A program made the position numbers and the translations under genes. DNA of 54,391 nt, the filler included, from Sphacelaria rigidula (lineage: Eukaryota), in assembly GCA_964200075.2 (NCBI GenBank). It is 3 parts of 3 records of this genome, joined end to end, with 100 filler letters (N's around TTAATTAATTAA, not from the genome) between each part and the next. Parts side by side here need not be neighbours in the genome. Positions count along the whole stretch, not along the records: positions 18,167 to 36,229 come from CAXNAA020000926.1; positions 36,330 to 54,391 come from CAXNAA020000927.1; 1 more part is not named here. One strand, 5' to 3'. Shown one piece after another: positions 26,001 through 38,689 of this stretch (position 1 is the stretch's first letter; each line of letters begins with the position of its first letter). The notes beneath the pieces were generated by a model. That model did no database searches and was not told the origin of the DNA. It saw only the letters and a program-made list of their open reading frames with translations.

Positions 26001-29000
26001 GTAAACGTCCTGGGCGCCAGAACGCTTCCCTTATGGGGCTCAGCGGAACATGACCAGATGTTGCCGTCGCGAATCTGACCCGACGCGTCTCCTCCGACAA
26101 AGATTTTCCACGCCTGTCATCGTTTTTTCACAAACGAACGTTCAAACACGAAAACAACAGTTTTGTATAATCAGTGAATAAAATGTCACGATACGCATCG
26201 GTTGGGTGTTGCTATAGCAAAATAGACAAAAAAAAGGTGGACTAGCGTGACTGTTCCCTCTTTGACTTATCCTCGGTATCCATCACGCTGCACAACTAAC
26301 TCTCCATTACTATATGCGCCGGTTGCTGCTCCTCCGTACCCTCGGTGCACGGTCTGGTTATCGCGTGCGAGCTGGGCACAGCGGATAAACGACTGAACGA
26401 GAAATGCATACGGTGTTCGGGGGCCACGACACGGAAATAGATGTCATGCTCCGGGGTATTGGACCACGCGTGTGCATTGTGGAAAGAGGTCGGCAGTGTG
26501 CGGCCACCGTTGTTTTGCCTCTCCCATAAGATCGGAAAATTACCCTCACTGCTTGGGGGAACCGCCGGAGACAGCTATAATTTCTGCCAGGTTCATTCAA
26601 CCGCCACAGCTCAGATTTAGCTGAGGACGATAAGACGACGAACGCAGCCGTATCTCGGGCTTTTACCATCATCCCCAGGCATGCCGCTATTTCGGTCACT
26701 CACATGTCTGAAATTCGAGCGCCTTTTCACCTTGGCACCTTGCATTGCGGGATATTTCAGTAATGTTTTGGTCCCGGGAATGCCTGCCTAGGTGCCACTA
26801 AAATTGTCGATGGTTCAAACGCAGGAAATGTGGCAAAGTTCCAAGCTCAAGAGCCCTCCTGCCATCCAAAATCGGGCAAATGTGTATACGTAAAGAGGTA
26901 GCTTTGGGGCCTCCAGTGTCCTCATCGTTAGTGTTCTGATCGTTAGTGCTACAGGCAGGGGTTCCTTGAATTCCCTCTGCTAGTGTCGCTTCTTGGCCCG
27001 CGGTGCGCGCAGGGCCACGCGAGCACGCCTTCATTCGGGGAGGGTTAAACGACATAAACCTGCTACTACGTCTGCCTACAAGTCTCTCAGCGTGTTACTG
27101 TGGATGACGCCTACCGCGCAGAACAGGCAGATGGCGTGCATGATGGCAGTGTGCGCTGCTAAACTCAAGAGTTCAATCCAGCCTTACCCCTGAGACATCA
27201 AACGCAGAGATCATAGAGTCCGCCCTCCTTCACGTAGTGGACGACTGGTTACCTTGCCGGACTCACGCAAGCAGTTGACTACATAAACAATCCGCAACGG
27301 GAGCTTGTATTCACACCCGAGACAACGCACTGCAAGATCTTTACTTTGTTCCAGGAACAGTCTACATGGAGGGTGGGGGGCGGCGTACTCCTTTGTTGCT
27401 TGCCTTAGTCGTTTGACCACTGACCACGCATCCCTTTCGAGACGGAGCACCCGAGGGGGGGGGGGGCGTACTCATTTGTTGCTTGCCTTAGTCATTTGAC
27501 CATTGACCACGCATCCCTTTCGAGACGGAGCAAAGGGGGAAGGGGGGGTTATAGATGTTGATATATGCTCACTGCCCTCTGTATCACAGCTCTACGAAGA
27601 TATCGACCACGAAAAATAGTCATTCCCTGGGTGGGATGCAGGCGATGGCACCAATGCTGGATGATACGTTCTGGCGGTGCTGCAGACGGATGGTACGGTG
27701 GCACGTGTCGCTATACAGACTGGTCCCAGCGGGAACAGCTTTTCGTGTTTCCGGGGATTGTTCGCGCGAGATTTGATCCCAGCTCTGAAGATTTTGAGCT
27801 GAAAAACGCGTCGGCAAGTGGACGGTCGTCATCACTGGGGTCTCTCGTTCATTGCCTTTTGATGACGTGGCCCGTTTGACTTCATCACCAGAGCAGAGAT
27901 CCGCCCTCATCTCTGGAGAAAACAACAAAACCAAATACCGACAGCGACGAATACAGCCTAGTCAATGCGCTCTTCTCTTCAAGAGTTGGGGTTTTCACTC
28001 TCAAATCTCGAGAAAAAAAAAAAGCCAAGGTATGTGCATCTTCTGGGCCTTGAAAATCCAGTACTCCGAAGTATATCATCGAAAATGTTCCCCTCAACAT
28101 TTGTTCGGGGCACAGCTTCGGAACAACGGAGGAGTTGAGTGTCGAAATGGGTGTGCTGTCCCCACTCTCCTATCAGTAATGTGTACATCAAATATCAGGA
28201 CTTTCGAGCAAGAACTCAGCAAAATGCTCGATTATGTGTTAGGGAAGAATCGATGCTTTGTGCAGAAGCGGGAAGATTTTTTTCAGACATTTATAGTGGT
28301 TGCAGTATCTAGCAGCCATTTCAGAACACATTGACGTGCAAGATTCCCTGTGTGATGAACCAAGTGAGTCAGTTCAGTGTGGGAGAAGCAGCAAGGTACA
28401 AGGGCAAGGGCATCCACGATGAAGTGACAATAATGGTGTCTGGGTTGAAGTCGAGGTTTATGAGATCCGGCAGGCGGGTGTGGTGCGACCATCAGTTGGT
28501 GACAGCATCGCGAATCGATGTTGTCTGAGATTTTTACAAGCGGCGTCACCAAGTCACCAAATCAGGACGGCATCACCGAATCACGAAATCAGGCCGCCGG
28601 GGCGGGCGGAGAGGGCAAGCACAGGGTTAGGAGGAGAGAGTCGACACGTCCCCAAGTCTACCCTCCTATAAGGATCCCACGTCTACGTTCATGGAGTTGA
28701 TACACGGGGATAGTTCTGCACTCGAAAGCAACTGCACAAAGTCGAACATTTAATCAATCCGTCCGTCCCCAGCTGCCGCCAACACGGGCCGTATTGGGTG
28801 TGTAGCCGGCATGGTGTAAAATCGTAAGAGTGTCGGCACGGTCAATGATGGCGCGGCGCGCTCCGGGGCGGCTGCGTGGTTACGGAAAATCTACTTCCTC
28901 GACCGTGTTTCGTCACTGCCCTTACGGCCTTCCCCAGAGACACTGTTGGTCTCTTTCGATGGGGCCATCTTGTAGCGGAGCTCTTCGTGCCGTAGGCTCG

Positions 29001-32000
29001 CTCTTGTACCTCATGTGCAAACGACTTCCGAGACGTGGAAATTCGGATTTTCTCGTGTAGAAACTGACCAACAACAGCGAGGATCCCAAAATGAGCGCCA
29101 GAATACATACACTCGAAGGCGAGAGTGCTGCGGCGGCCCGGAGACTGGAGCCGCCCAAAACCGTTCCAAATAGCACATGCCAAGTCATACTTCTTTTACC
29201 AGCCATATCTCAGGAAGGGTGGGTCTCGTGGTTAAGCGGCTGCACAATATCATATCAGAACATTTGTGGTTTCTTTTGCTTGTTCTGACAGGCTCACCGA
29301 TAGCAAGAAGTTGTCGGCGACGCTGCGGTAAGGCTGCATGTCCGATATATCCGGTCCCGGCGAAACGCCGTAGATGATCGACGGAGTAATTTTCTGCAAG
29401 GCACGTCGCAATGGCTCAAGATCCTCGTCCGACCTGATGCCCGAAACGCGACAAACAAGAAATGAAGTGCTGCCGCGTTCAGGTTCTTACACTGAGGAAA
29501 AAACATGGGGGAGAGCCAAGAACGTCAACGATCGTGTCACCCATGTGCATAGGAACGCGGGATACCGAGCAGGGCATCGGCAAAACGAACGTGTTACAAT
29601 AATAGTTATGTCGTAATAAAGGTTGGCACAAACGGGACAGGCGACAGAGAGAGAGAAAGAGAAAGCTTAGCGTAGGCTGGATAACCAGTCCTTTTTCGGT
29701 GAATCTACCAAAATGCAACTCAACAGCAATTTTACTCGCTGTGCATGCACACGCCGCAGTGCCCCGGTATAATTGGTAGGTCTCACAACCGATGAGGACG
29801 TCAAGTTGAGGGTTCAAATCTTGGCGAGATATGGTAAGTCTGTTTCACGAGTATCTAGATCCGAAACCGCGGGGACGCGAATCGCGAAGAAAGTATAGGG
29901 AGAGTCCACGCGGTGCGGAAATGCCAATTAAGTTCCCGAATCCGAAACGTCAGGGATGTAACGAGATGGGAAGGTGGGCGGGGGCGTACTCATTTGTTGC
30001 TTGCCTTAGTCATGTGACCATTGACCACGCATCCCTTCCGAGAGGGAGCACCTGGCGTGCACCGGGGGAGAGATGGGTTGATCCCTTCGAGAGTACGACT
30101 CGGCCTCGCTCTGAGAAAGGGGAAGGGTTTACGTGTGACGGGACAGAAACTGCACACTTTCCTTATTCAGATACTATATTCCCAAGGGTGCTTTGAAAAG
30201 GCACGGTTTCCAAGTCCTGCCTTCTACGGTCTTGAATATTGCGCGCCAAAATCGGCATGACTCATTTAATCGGTGCATCGCAATATCGATGAATCACCCA
30301 TTGGGCCAAACAAAGGCATCTGCTGAAATCCTGCTGTTTACCTCACGTTGATGTATTGATCGAATCTTGTATACCCTCTTCTCCTTCAGCGCCGGAAGTG
30401 TCCATTCGTGCAGTCGGCATCATTTCCACTTGAAAAACGAATGAAAATGATGACGATTTCACACACACACACTCTACGTGGTTGATTCGTCCGCATTGCA
30501 TACAACCGCAGTCACAAGATAGACGAAAGACATCCATGTCCGGGAATATATCGATACTTCCCCTGTCCCATAACTCTGTATCGTCATGTTTCTACGGGCC
30601 CTCAACGATGTCCGATTTGATTTTCGATTTTTTGGTTGCATTCGTTGACGTTTTTTAGCTAGAAATACCAATATTTCTACAACGTGGGTGCTTGACCCGT
30701 GCAGCATCGCGGCCGAGAAAAAGTAGGTCGGTCAAAATATGGCCATTTTTCGCTCTTTTTCCGGGTAAAGCATAGGAGACCCGGAATCGCGAAAAATTGT
30801 GAAACTAGGTGCGAAAACCTCAAAACCACCATTGACTTGGATATCTCCGTGACGTTAACCTACTCACGCCCCATCCAACAAATGTTCAGCATGTGATCGC
30901 GAGTGATCGACGTGGACACGTCCAAAATCGGTCAACATCGGGGTATAAGGGGACCAAAGAGGGCCAAAATGGGGTATATTTTGACATGAGTTCAGCGTTA
31001 AAAACGTTTTGCTTCCAAGTCAGCTTCGTCGGCGCGTAATCTCTCCAACTAGCCCAACTGTAGGATGATCGTCCGCGTTGAAACACCCAAACGATTAAAC
31101 GTCCATAACGATACAGACTCATGGGACAGAGGGAGTATACCCTTTTGGGCTGATCGAAATCTGACGAGCATCCCTACTGCTCACATGAATGCAAAACACC
31201 TCTCACCTAGCATCAAGTTCTTGCACTAGCTCCTTGACCGCCTCTTTGGTGCCGAACGTATCCCGGGGAAACACGAAGGAGAACTCATCGTAATGCAAGC
31301 CGTTTCTGCGGAAACAGGGGACGAGAAACGAAGAGGCGGGAAAAATAACAATCGAACGTGGCAAATCATAAAAATGGAAAGAAAAATGAGACGAAATCAC
31401 TGAAGATTACCACAGTTGTTCTTCCATAAGAAGCAATAAAACAGGAACCTATCTCTCGAAATTGGGACTACCCCTTCGGTATCTTTTGTGACCCACAATG
31501 GAGAGGAAGGGGGTGGTGAGAAAGGAGGGAGTACGGTAGGCTACACCAAGCAAGCTTTAGCCGAGTCGGGAACTATGTTCTCGGAGACGCGCCAACGCTG
31601 CGCTGATGCGTCGGTTGATTTCGATGAACATTTTCGCATCCGCACTGACAGCACCACCAAGGTAGACAAACTTCGCCGTCTGCGTGTACCGTTGGCCGGC
31701 CGCCTTGATGTGCAGGGCGACCTCCGTGGAACTGGATACTGATCGCAGACACATGTACTCTACCTTGCTCTCGGAGACCGTCAGGCCGAACTCTCGGTAG
31801 GTCACCACTACCACGGCCGTCATTCGAGCAAGGCCGTCTGAGGTCCTCGGGAGTTATGCCGGCGTCGTCCGCATGAAGCATTGCCCACACCGCACGCCGT
31901 ACCTTTTCCAGTGGTGTCTTTTTCAGGGGCTCACAACCGTCACCGTTTGACATACCATCTAGAAAAACCGAGTCTGAGACGATATATACGATCGCGTCGA

Positions 32001-35000
32001 CCAAGGCTGCGCTGAAGATGTTGAAAAAAGACAGGGACGAAACGCAGCATTCTCTGAGTCCCCGGCAAACGTGGAACCACCCTGACAGTTCGCCACCATC
32101 TAGCTGGACCTGAGCTATGTTCCCGCTGTGAACCATACGGATAATCGTGATTTACCGCGGCGGGACTCCGAACCAAGCGAGCACTTCTCATAGGAGCGTG
32201 TGGTTTACGGAATCGTAGGTTTTCTGCAGATCGATAAAACACATGTTCAGTGGGACATTGCTCGTCCGTCCCAACCCCTGTAGTGGGCGTACTACGAACA
32301 TCATGTCTGTGGTCGATCGTTGGCGCCTATATCCGCACTTGTCTTCCGAGAAGGCATCTGTTTCCTCACGGAAATCACTCAGCCTGTTGGCTACGATTTT
32401 TGAGCAGCACTTCAGCAGCATGTGCTACAAGTGAAATGCCCGTGTGGATACCACACTCGGTCCTATCCTTTAACTTGTGTAGCACTTTGATAGTGGCATC
32501 TCTCCATTCCTGTGGCCAGATATTCAAACCGCAGGGACGATGCCATGGAAGTGGCACAAAATCTCCGACGCCTCCCCGTTCAGCTCAAGCTTCACGATTT
32601 CGGCAGGTAGACTATCCGGGTCCGTTGCTTTGCCGTTCGACATAGCTCTCAGAGCCTCTCCTCTCTTACTTGGGCTTGGCGAATCTCCTCGCCCCTTCCC
32701 TCTCGTTCCAGGCTTGCTCGAACTTCGCCCGGATAGCAGCATCGTCGAACCGCCTCGGTATACGTGGCTTTCCGGTCAGACGGGGTACCACCGTTTTAGT
32801 GGCACCCAGGAGTACGTCGGCGAAGTTCGCAGCCAGTGAACTAACGATATCGCCAGGTATACTCTGTTTGAGCTTGCTGATGATGAGCTGGGTGAATTAC
32901 TTACGTCAGTCGGTGTTAGATATTATTGCCCGCCTGTCGATCGGGATGTGCCCAATTGGGATTCGTCCACGTCTGCTGTGTGCGGAGCGACCAAGCAGCC
33001 ACACTGAGGCGCACATGATATTGTGGGCAGAGCTCGGCAAGGTGGGAAGTGGGAAGGTAGACGGTGAGGTTGCGAGCGAGCCTGTGATGATCTCGCTGCG
33101 TGAAGATGTAGTCAATGCGTTTTTCGTCCGCGGGACGATTCGCAATGCCGTTGAACGTACGCGATGTGCTTCCCTTGGAGGTGGAAAATAACGTGTTGAC
33201 CAGGGCAAGCCTGTCGACGCCTGCAAGTTGCAGTAGAGAGGGGTCTTTGCTGTCGTTGGATCGGGACTCCCGGCCGTGTACCTCAAACATTGTACCTTCC
33301 TCCCCGTCTGTTCGCACCCCAGTCCTAGCGTTAACGTCCATTAACATAAACAGGTGGTGTTTGTTAGAAATTCGCTTCACAATGTTGTCCAACTCAGTCC
33401 AGAACACATCGCTTTCTCCTCTTGACTGATATGTAGTTCAAGGGAATAAGCAACTACGAAGGTAGCAGCATTTGATTCACCCGCGAGGTTGAAAGTCATA
33501 GGCATGAGGCGTTCGCCGATGAGTGCCCAAGTCGACATCGCCTTGTTGATGGGCGACTCCTTGATCACCAAACCGACCCCATGTTGTCCAGCCCTTCCCT
33601 TGCTCCCTTACGCCCCGCAACAGAAGATGCGACATCCGGCCGCAACAAACTCGGTTCGGGTCGATCTCCTCGTCTCCTGTAGTCTGATGACGTCACATCC
33701 GACTGCTTGGCATTTTTTGCGAGACCACCTCAGCATGGCCAGCTCCGTTCTTTCCCGTGAGGGACAGTGTTCGGACGTTATGGGTCGCCACTTTGAGCTC
33801 CTCGATACGTGACATAGCTGTAGCCTTCTCTTTTTTTCACACGTCTTTCTCTTTGTTCTACCCTCCTTTGTGGCTGGTTTGGCCTTCTAATTTCACGGGC
33901 GAGTTTTTTCCCTTCTGTTTCGATTCCTTTTTGGCACGTCTGTCACGATACTCGTCCTGCCTTTCGGTCTCGCGGGGAGGGTGTGGCCTTCCCAGCCCAA
34001 GTCGGCCGCTGTTCCTAGTCCGCCGAATCTGGTACTAACACGTGCCTCATCCCCGTCAACGTGCTTGCCGTGACAGTGTCCTGACGGCGGGCAAAACGCT
34101 GCAGCTGCGGGGTTTCATTTGCTTCCCAGTACAGGGTAAAGCTCCCAAGCTGCAGGACTGAGCCTGGAGTTCAGCAATGTCTGCATGACCCACTGCCTAG
34201 AATGTGTGTTGCATCATCACTGACACGAAACACAGACCAGTCAGTAGGCCGAGTTACTCTAACCTACCCGTCGGTTGTGTCGTCGATGAGGTTAAGTTAC
34301 CCCGACACAACCATCCCTAGTCGGGGGTGGCCATCTGGGGCATGTACATCCGAAATGGATATGATATCACAGAGGGATATCCCGGATAAACATTTACATC
34401 CCAGATGGCGAAGATCGTGGGATACTAGGCAGGGTAACCTTTGAGGGATCACTTATCGTGAAGTACGACGAGAAACCTTGCGCAGTGTGTAACGCTGCAG
34501 GTGCTAAAACCTCCAGCGCGTCATCACCTGGAGCGATTCAGGCTATATGGTAACGGTAGGACGCTGAAGAGAGGCACGTTTCGAAAGCAGACGCTTGCGG
34601 TGACGTACGCCATCTCATCGACAATCCGGCTGGGCGTGACGCTCACAATATATGTGGGAAGGTGCCATTAGACTGGCATCACCAGAATGATCATCAGTGT
34701 TGAGTTTCGCCATCACAGCATTTTTGCCTCGTTTGATACTGAACGCCAGCAGTTGGGCTAAACTGGGTGATCCCACAGAAACAACGTTTTTCAGGACTGG
34801 TCACTGCACATTTTTTGAGGTTCCTCCGCCCCAGATTTCCCACGCCAACTGGAGACAAGACCGAGCGCAAGTGAGTAAAATGGTCTTGCTACTGAGTTCG
34901 ATGTAAGGATGTACGTTGTGCCATCTCGAGTGATCAACGGTTGACACAATCGATCTCGAGAGGAAAACGAGTGAACTGGCTGAGTTGTGGAGTTGTTACC

Positions 35001-36026
35001 TGGAGACCACTCAGGACAACCAACATATTTTGGGGAGGCGAACAGATCCAACGAGTATCTTCGTGGCCATTTGGTCGCCACAGAGCGTTGCTGAATGTGC
35101 TCAGCAGAGCGATTCCAGGCAATTTTTCGTCGGCCAATAATATCAAACATGGACGCTTTCGGCCGATAAGAATAGGGAGGGGGAGAAGGGGGGACACTTC
35201 GAGAGAGCCTGGGGATCGACAATCTTCCATGAGTGTTCGGCAACAACAATTGTCACAACAAACTCTACTTGAAAACGGGGTAGCATAAGAGAGGTATGCG
35301 TAACCCCTGAGAGATACACCACAAATGCTTGAGCAAAATCACCTTAATCGAAGGAACCAAACATACACAGCATATCGGTGGGGGAAGCCAAGAGAATAAA
35401 CGGCATACTTACTCGATGAACGGCAGAGCGTAAGCCTCCTCCTCCGTAAGAACTGGAATGCAGCCGGCAGCAACAGCGTCAAAGATCCGACGACTTGTCG
35501 GGGAATCTCCTCTGGGACAGAAGCAGTACCTACTGCGAGATATGTGTTCCGCGTACACGGTTGCGTTTTCTGACCAACTGAAGGGGTGCTCGTCGAGTTC
35601 GACAATACTTCCTGGAGACAGATCTCTCGTCACCTGGTCATGATCCACCACATGCAAAAACACACCGGGCGACAAGGCGGGTTCGTGTGCTTGCTCATCG
35701 CAGTGATTTTTCAGGGGAAAACATGAATCAGTGCAGGTCTTTCGATGAGCTTCGCAGTATCTCCCTTGCTGCGGAGTACGTACCTGCTGGAACGTTGCTA
35801 CATGGCCACTTCAAATAATTTTCTCCCGGAAATACATCACTCCGTTAGCCATCACCACCAACCACTCACCATAAGGTTGTCCCTCTCTGGCCGCTTTCTC
35901 GACGCGCCGGCGAAAAAAAAAGGGATGCTTCGTTGTTCTGAAGGACGACCACCGATCAGGGCTGGGGTGGTTACAGCGCTGCTGGCCACGTACGGAAGCG
36001 TAACCATGCGCCGCTCGCATCCCCAT
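19575..36026 (-). CDS. Putative GT47 (exostosin) glycosyltransferase-sulfotransferase fusion protein, partial (5' and 3' exons unresolved)
   Basis: Exons read 5'->3' on the minus strand: 36026-35870, 35633-35413, 31305-31207, 29433-29298, 26113-25974, 23544-23430, 20084-19575. All have AG/GT boundaries with compatible phases (0,2,2,0,2,0). GT47 signature: [36 protein letters not shown]...LPF...LHYDEFSFV. Sulfotransfer_2 signatures: [18 protein letters not shown] and [15 protein letters not shown]. Confidence 0.75.
21066..22292. mobile_element. Cluster of non-autonomous TIR elements with internal taccggtacccgacagttctgt subrepeats (possibly hAT-type)
   Basis: Left end tgtgttctgtagggtgcg (~21072). 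Right ends cgtacccttccgaacatagccttg (~21663-21686) and ccgtaccctacagagcacagcctt (22221-22244, duplicated at ~22268-22290). Many degenerate internal repeats. Confidence 0.7.
25974..26113 (-). CDS. Linker exon joining the GT47 and sulfotransferase domains
   Basis: gacag|GCG TGG AAA...GAA TCG AG|gtcagc; 140 nt with no stop; encodes [46 protein letters not shown]; phase 0 in, phase 2 out. Confidence 0.7.
27383..27532 (+). repeat. 68-bp G-tract-associated repeat, two tandem copies separated by a G-run
   Basis: 27383-27450 and 27466-27532, each near-identical to 18170-18237. Confidence 0.9.
29984..30051 (+). repeat. 68-bp G-tract-associated repeat, copy
   Basis: Same unit with about 4 substitutions, preceded by gggaaggtgggcgggg. 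Confidence 0.88.
30557..31135. mobile_element. Stowaway-like (Tc1/mariner) MITE
   Basis: TA|CTTCCCCTGTCCCATAACTCTGTATCGTCATG ... CATAACGATACAGACTCATGGGACAGAGGGAG|TA: ~32-bp TIRs resembling CTCCCTCCGTCCCA, with a TA duplication. Confidence 0.85.
31555..34440 (-). mobile_element. Decayed non-LTR retrotransposon (LINE, APE + RT, RTE-like) inside an intron of the GT47-ST gene
   Basis: Frameshifted fragments in order. [14 protein letters not shown] (~33800), [76 protein letters not shown]. 3'-truncated near 31555; the 5' boundary is approximate. Confidence 0.9.
35413..35633 (-). CDS. Exon encoding the GT47/exostosin core motif
   Basis: [74 protein letters not shown]; acceptor gaccag, donor gtaagt. 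Confidence 0.9.
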
Positions 36027-36229
36027 CTGATGCCACATATCCCATAGCGCACGGTGCGAGCGTTGGCAATGAAACAATAGGTACCTTAGAGCCGGGAGGA
36101 GCGGGGAGGAGGCGGTTCAGGTGCGGAGCAAGAGCGGGGGGGGGGGGGGGGAAACCCCCGGGGGGGAGAACCCGCGGACCCCCGGGGGCGAAGACCTAAG
36201 TCGGGAGAGGGTCGGGGAGGGAAAGAGGG

Positions 36230-36329
36230 NNNNNNNNNNNNNNNNNNNNNNNNNNNNNNNNNNNNNNNNNNNNTTAATTAATTAANNNNNNNNNNNNNNN
36301 NNNNNNNNNNNNNNNNNNNNNNNNNNNNN
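36230..36329. other. Assembly gap with artificial TTAATTAATTAA spacer
   Basis: Same 100-nt construct, flanked by low-quality G-rich sequence. Confidence 0.97.
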
Positions 36330-38689
36330 TATAGAAGGGGGGTGGTGGGTTCGGCGCGCGATTGCGCGGACAAGCGGTAGGGGGGGGGGGGGCGGTCGCA
36401 CTTCTATACTAAAACGTAGTAATTACACCAAAACACAGGGTGGAGTGGGAAAAAAAAGGGAGGAGAGTACATGCTACAACATGGTCATTTCCACGAGGCA
36501 CTAAACCCACGTGGGCCGTGGGAAGACAAAAGGAGCTACCGTCATGAATTCTGCTTATTCCTCTGCTGATGACTTACAGAACACTGTGAACATGTATGTA
36601 GTAGGCAGGGATGAACAAACGGTATATAGGCAGTTGAATTCGGTAGCCGAGAATTACCCAGAACGTGCAAGGGAGTATGCAGCGGCAGCTGCTGCTGCAG
36701 TCGGAGAGGCGTACTACACACTGTACTGTGCTATACTGTATGCATACGCGCCGCAACGCTGATACCCTTCGAAGAGAAATTACCGCATGCAACAAAGAGG
36801 TAAATGGCGGCCCACTCCGCCCAAAAAGGGCGGAGTGGCAAGGTGATGGGGACACTAACATCATCCAAAGCCACAAGTGGCGGGAGGTCCGCTGGTCGCC
36901 GCATCCTGTTGGAAGCTCTCTACCGCGACCCATACTGCTTGCTACATCAGATGTACATTACCTAATGCGCACCCTGCACCTGAGAATAGATTAGATGGAA
37001 CTTTCGGTCTTCGTCGTAACCCTGCGGTTACATACGCGGATTTCAGCAACACGCCACTGTTTCGTGCAGACGCTAGACAAGTCATTCCTCACCAGTCTCA
37101 TTGGTCGTTCTGGAGGCCCGGTCCCAAAAGGGTTAAGAGGTCTTGAAGAAAACCTCTTAAGTAGATAAATCGGAATGTTTACAACAACAAAATTTCACCT
37201 CCACTGTGGAGCCGTTACTTTTGGAACAAAAACATCTTCTCTACCCTCCACAAAGGGTCTCCGCATTCTCGCTGCGCATCTAACCTCCACATTTCAGTTT
37301 TTGGCTCCTAGATATGTTGGTAGACGAGCCGATGACTCTGCGCTTTCAAGAGTGCATCCGAACGTCGAACTGCAAGTCATGACCGAGACAAGTTTTGGCG
37401 AAACGGCGATGTCCTCGTAACTGCTGTGACGGCATTGCTTTGACGGCGAACACGAGAAATCACGTTACTGCTCATGGTATCAGTTATGTGCATCCGGCGT
37501 TTGAGAGGTGAATCGCGCAGGAATCTGGCGTAAACGCAAGTAGCCAAGTCATGTGAAACCGAACCATCATTCAATACGGCAGCCGGCAGCGTTTGTGGAT
37601 GTGGTGTGAACATAGTTTGAAGTGATGAAACTGTCCGGATAGCCAAGCATGTGTGAGCAACTCACTCAGGGATGCATCCAGACTTCCAAGGCCCCCTACT
37701 GTTGTGGGATATTTTGGCAACGGGTTGTAAGCGCTGGCGCAGCATAACTTTCTCGGTATATGTGGGGTAAGCCGTCCCATATGCATTCTTACGCCAAAAC
37801 AAACAAACAAAAATATTTCGGAACACAATCTGACCTGTTTCGCCCCCCTTGCATGCTGCTGCAACGCGCAGGCGAAGATTCAGCGATGCGCGGTTGTTGG
37901 CTGTGCTTCATATGACATGTGGCCGACGTTCCAGCGCATTACAGCGCCCGCACGGTCGTACCTCCCCAACTGAGCACCTCTACCGGCAATATATGCCTGA
38001 TTTTTGTACATTTTGTCATTATCCAGAGAGTGTCCCCATACAGGACGGTGTTTTTTTTGCCAGCGCCGCAGTCGCCTAGCTGCTCATGATGTGGAAGTTA
38101 GTTCATCAGTGTGTCCAGATATGCATCAAAGGTTAGTGCACGAAGTTTATTCGGCGGAGGAGCCGTGTGGCGGATGTATCGCCCATATTCCCCCAAAATC
38201 TGTAACCGCTGTGCTATTTCCTTCGCACTGGCAAAGCGTGCCGCCGATTGGTGCACATGCTGATTGCCTGATTTCCAACTAGCGTGACGACTTTGACGGC
38301 CGATTGTTAACACGCGGGGGAGAACTCCACAACCAAGGGTTCCGTAAAACATACAAATAGCTTTTACCCTTATACAATGACTTTTGTACGCGGCCAAGCA
38401 CAAACAGTCGTGTCTTTCAAGTTTTGCGTAAGACTGCATATGTGTACATATCAAACATATCAAGCATGGAAAACATCGGTGGATACGAGATGCGTACATG
38501 CTTAGTTTTTAGTCTATTCTTTGTGCATGTTCCACCGTTCTGTTACATCTAGGGCACGTCTATCATGTGAATAATGACCACGGCTGGATCATGACTCCTG
38601 AGGCATCAGTTTATGTGCGATAATTGATAAATCGATCAATCAACATTGAAGCCCGAAAGAGACGCGGTGTGCGTGTGTAGGAGGTCATG

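Noticed and set aside
36090-36400. G-rich, G-quadruplex-like tract
   Set aside because: It flanks an assembly gap and looks like low-quality read ends.
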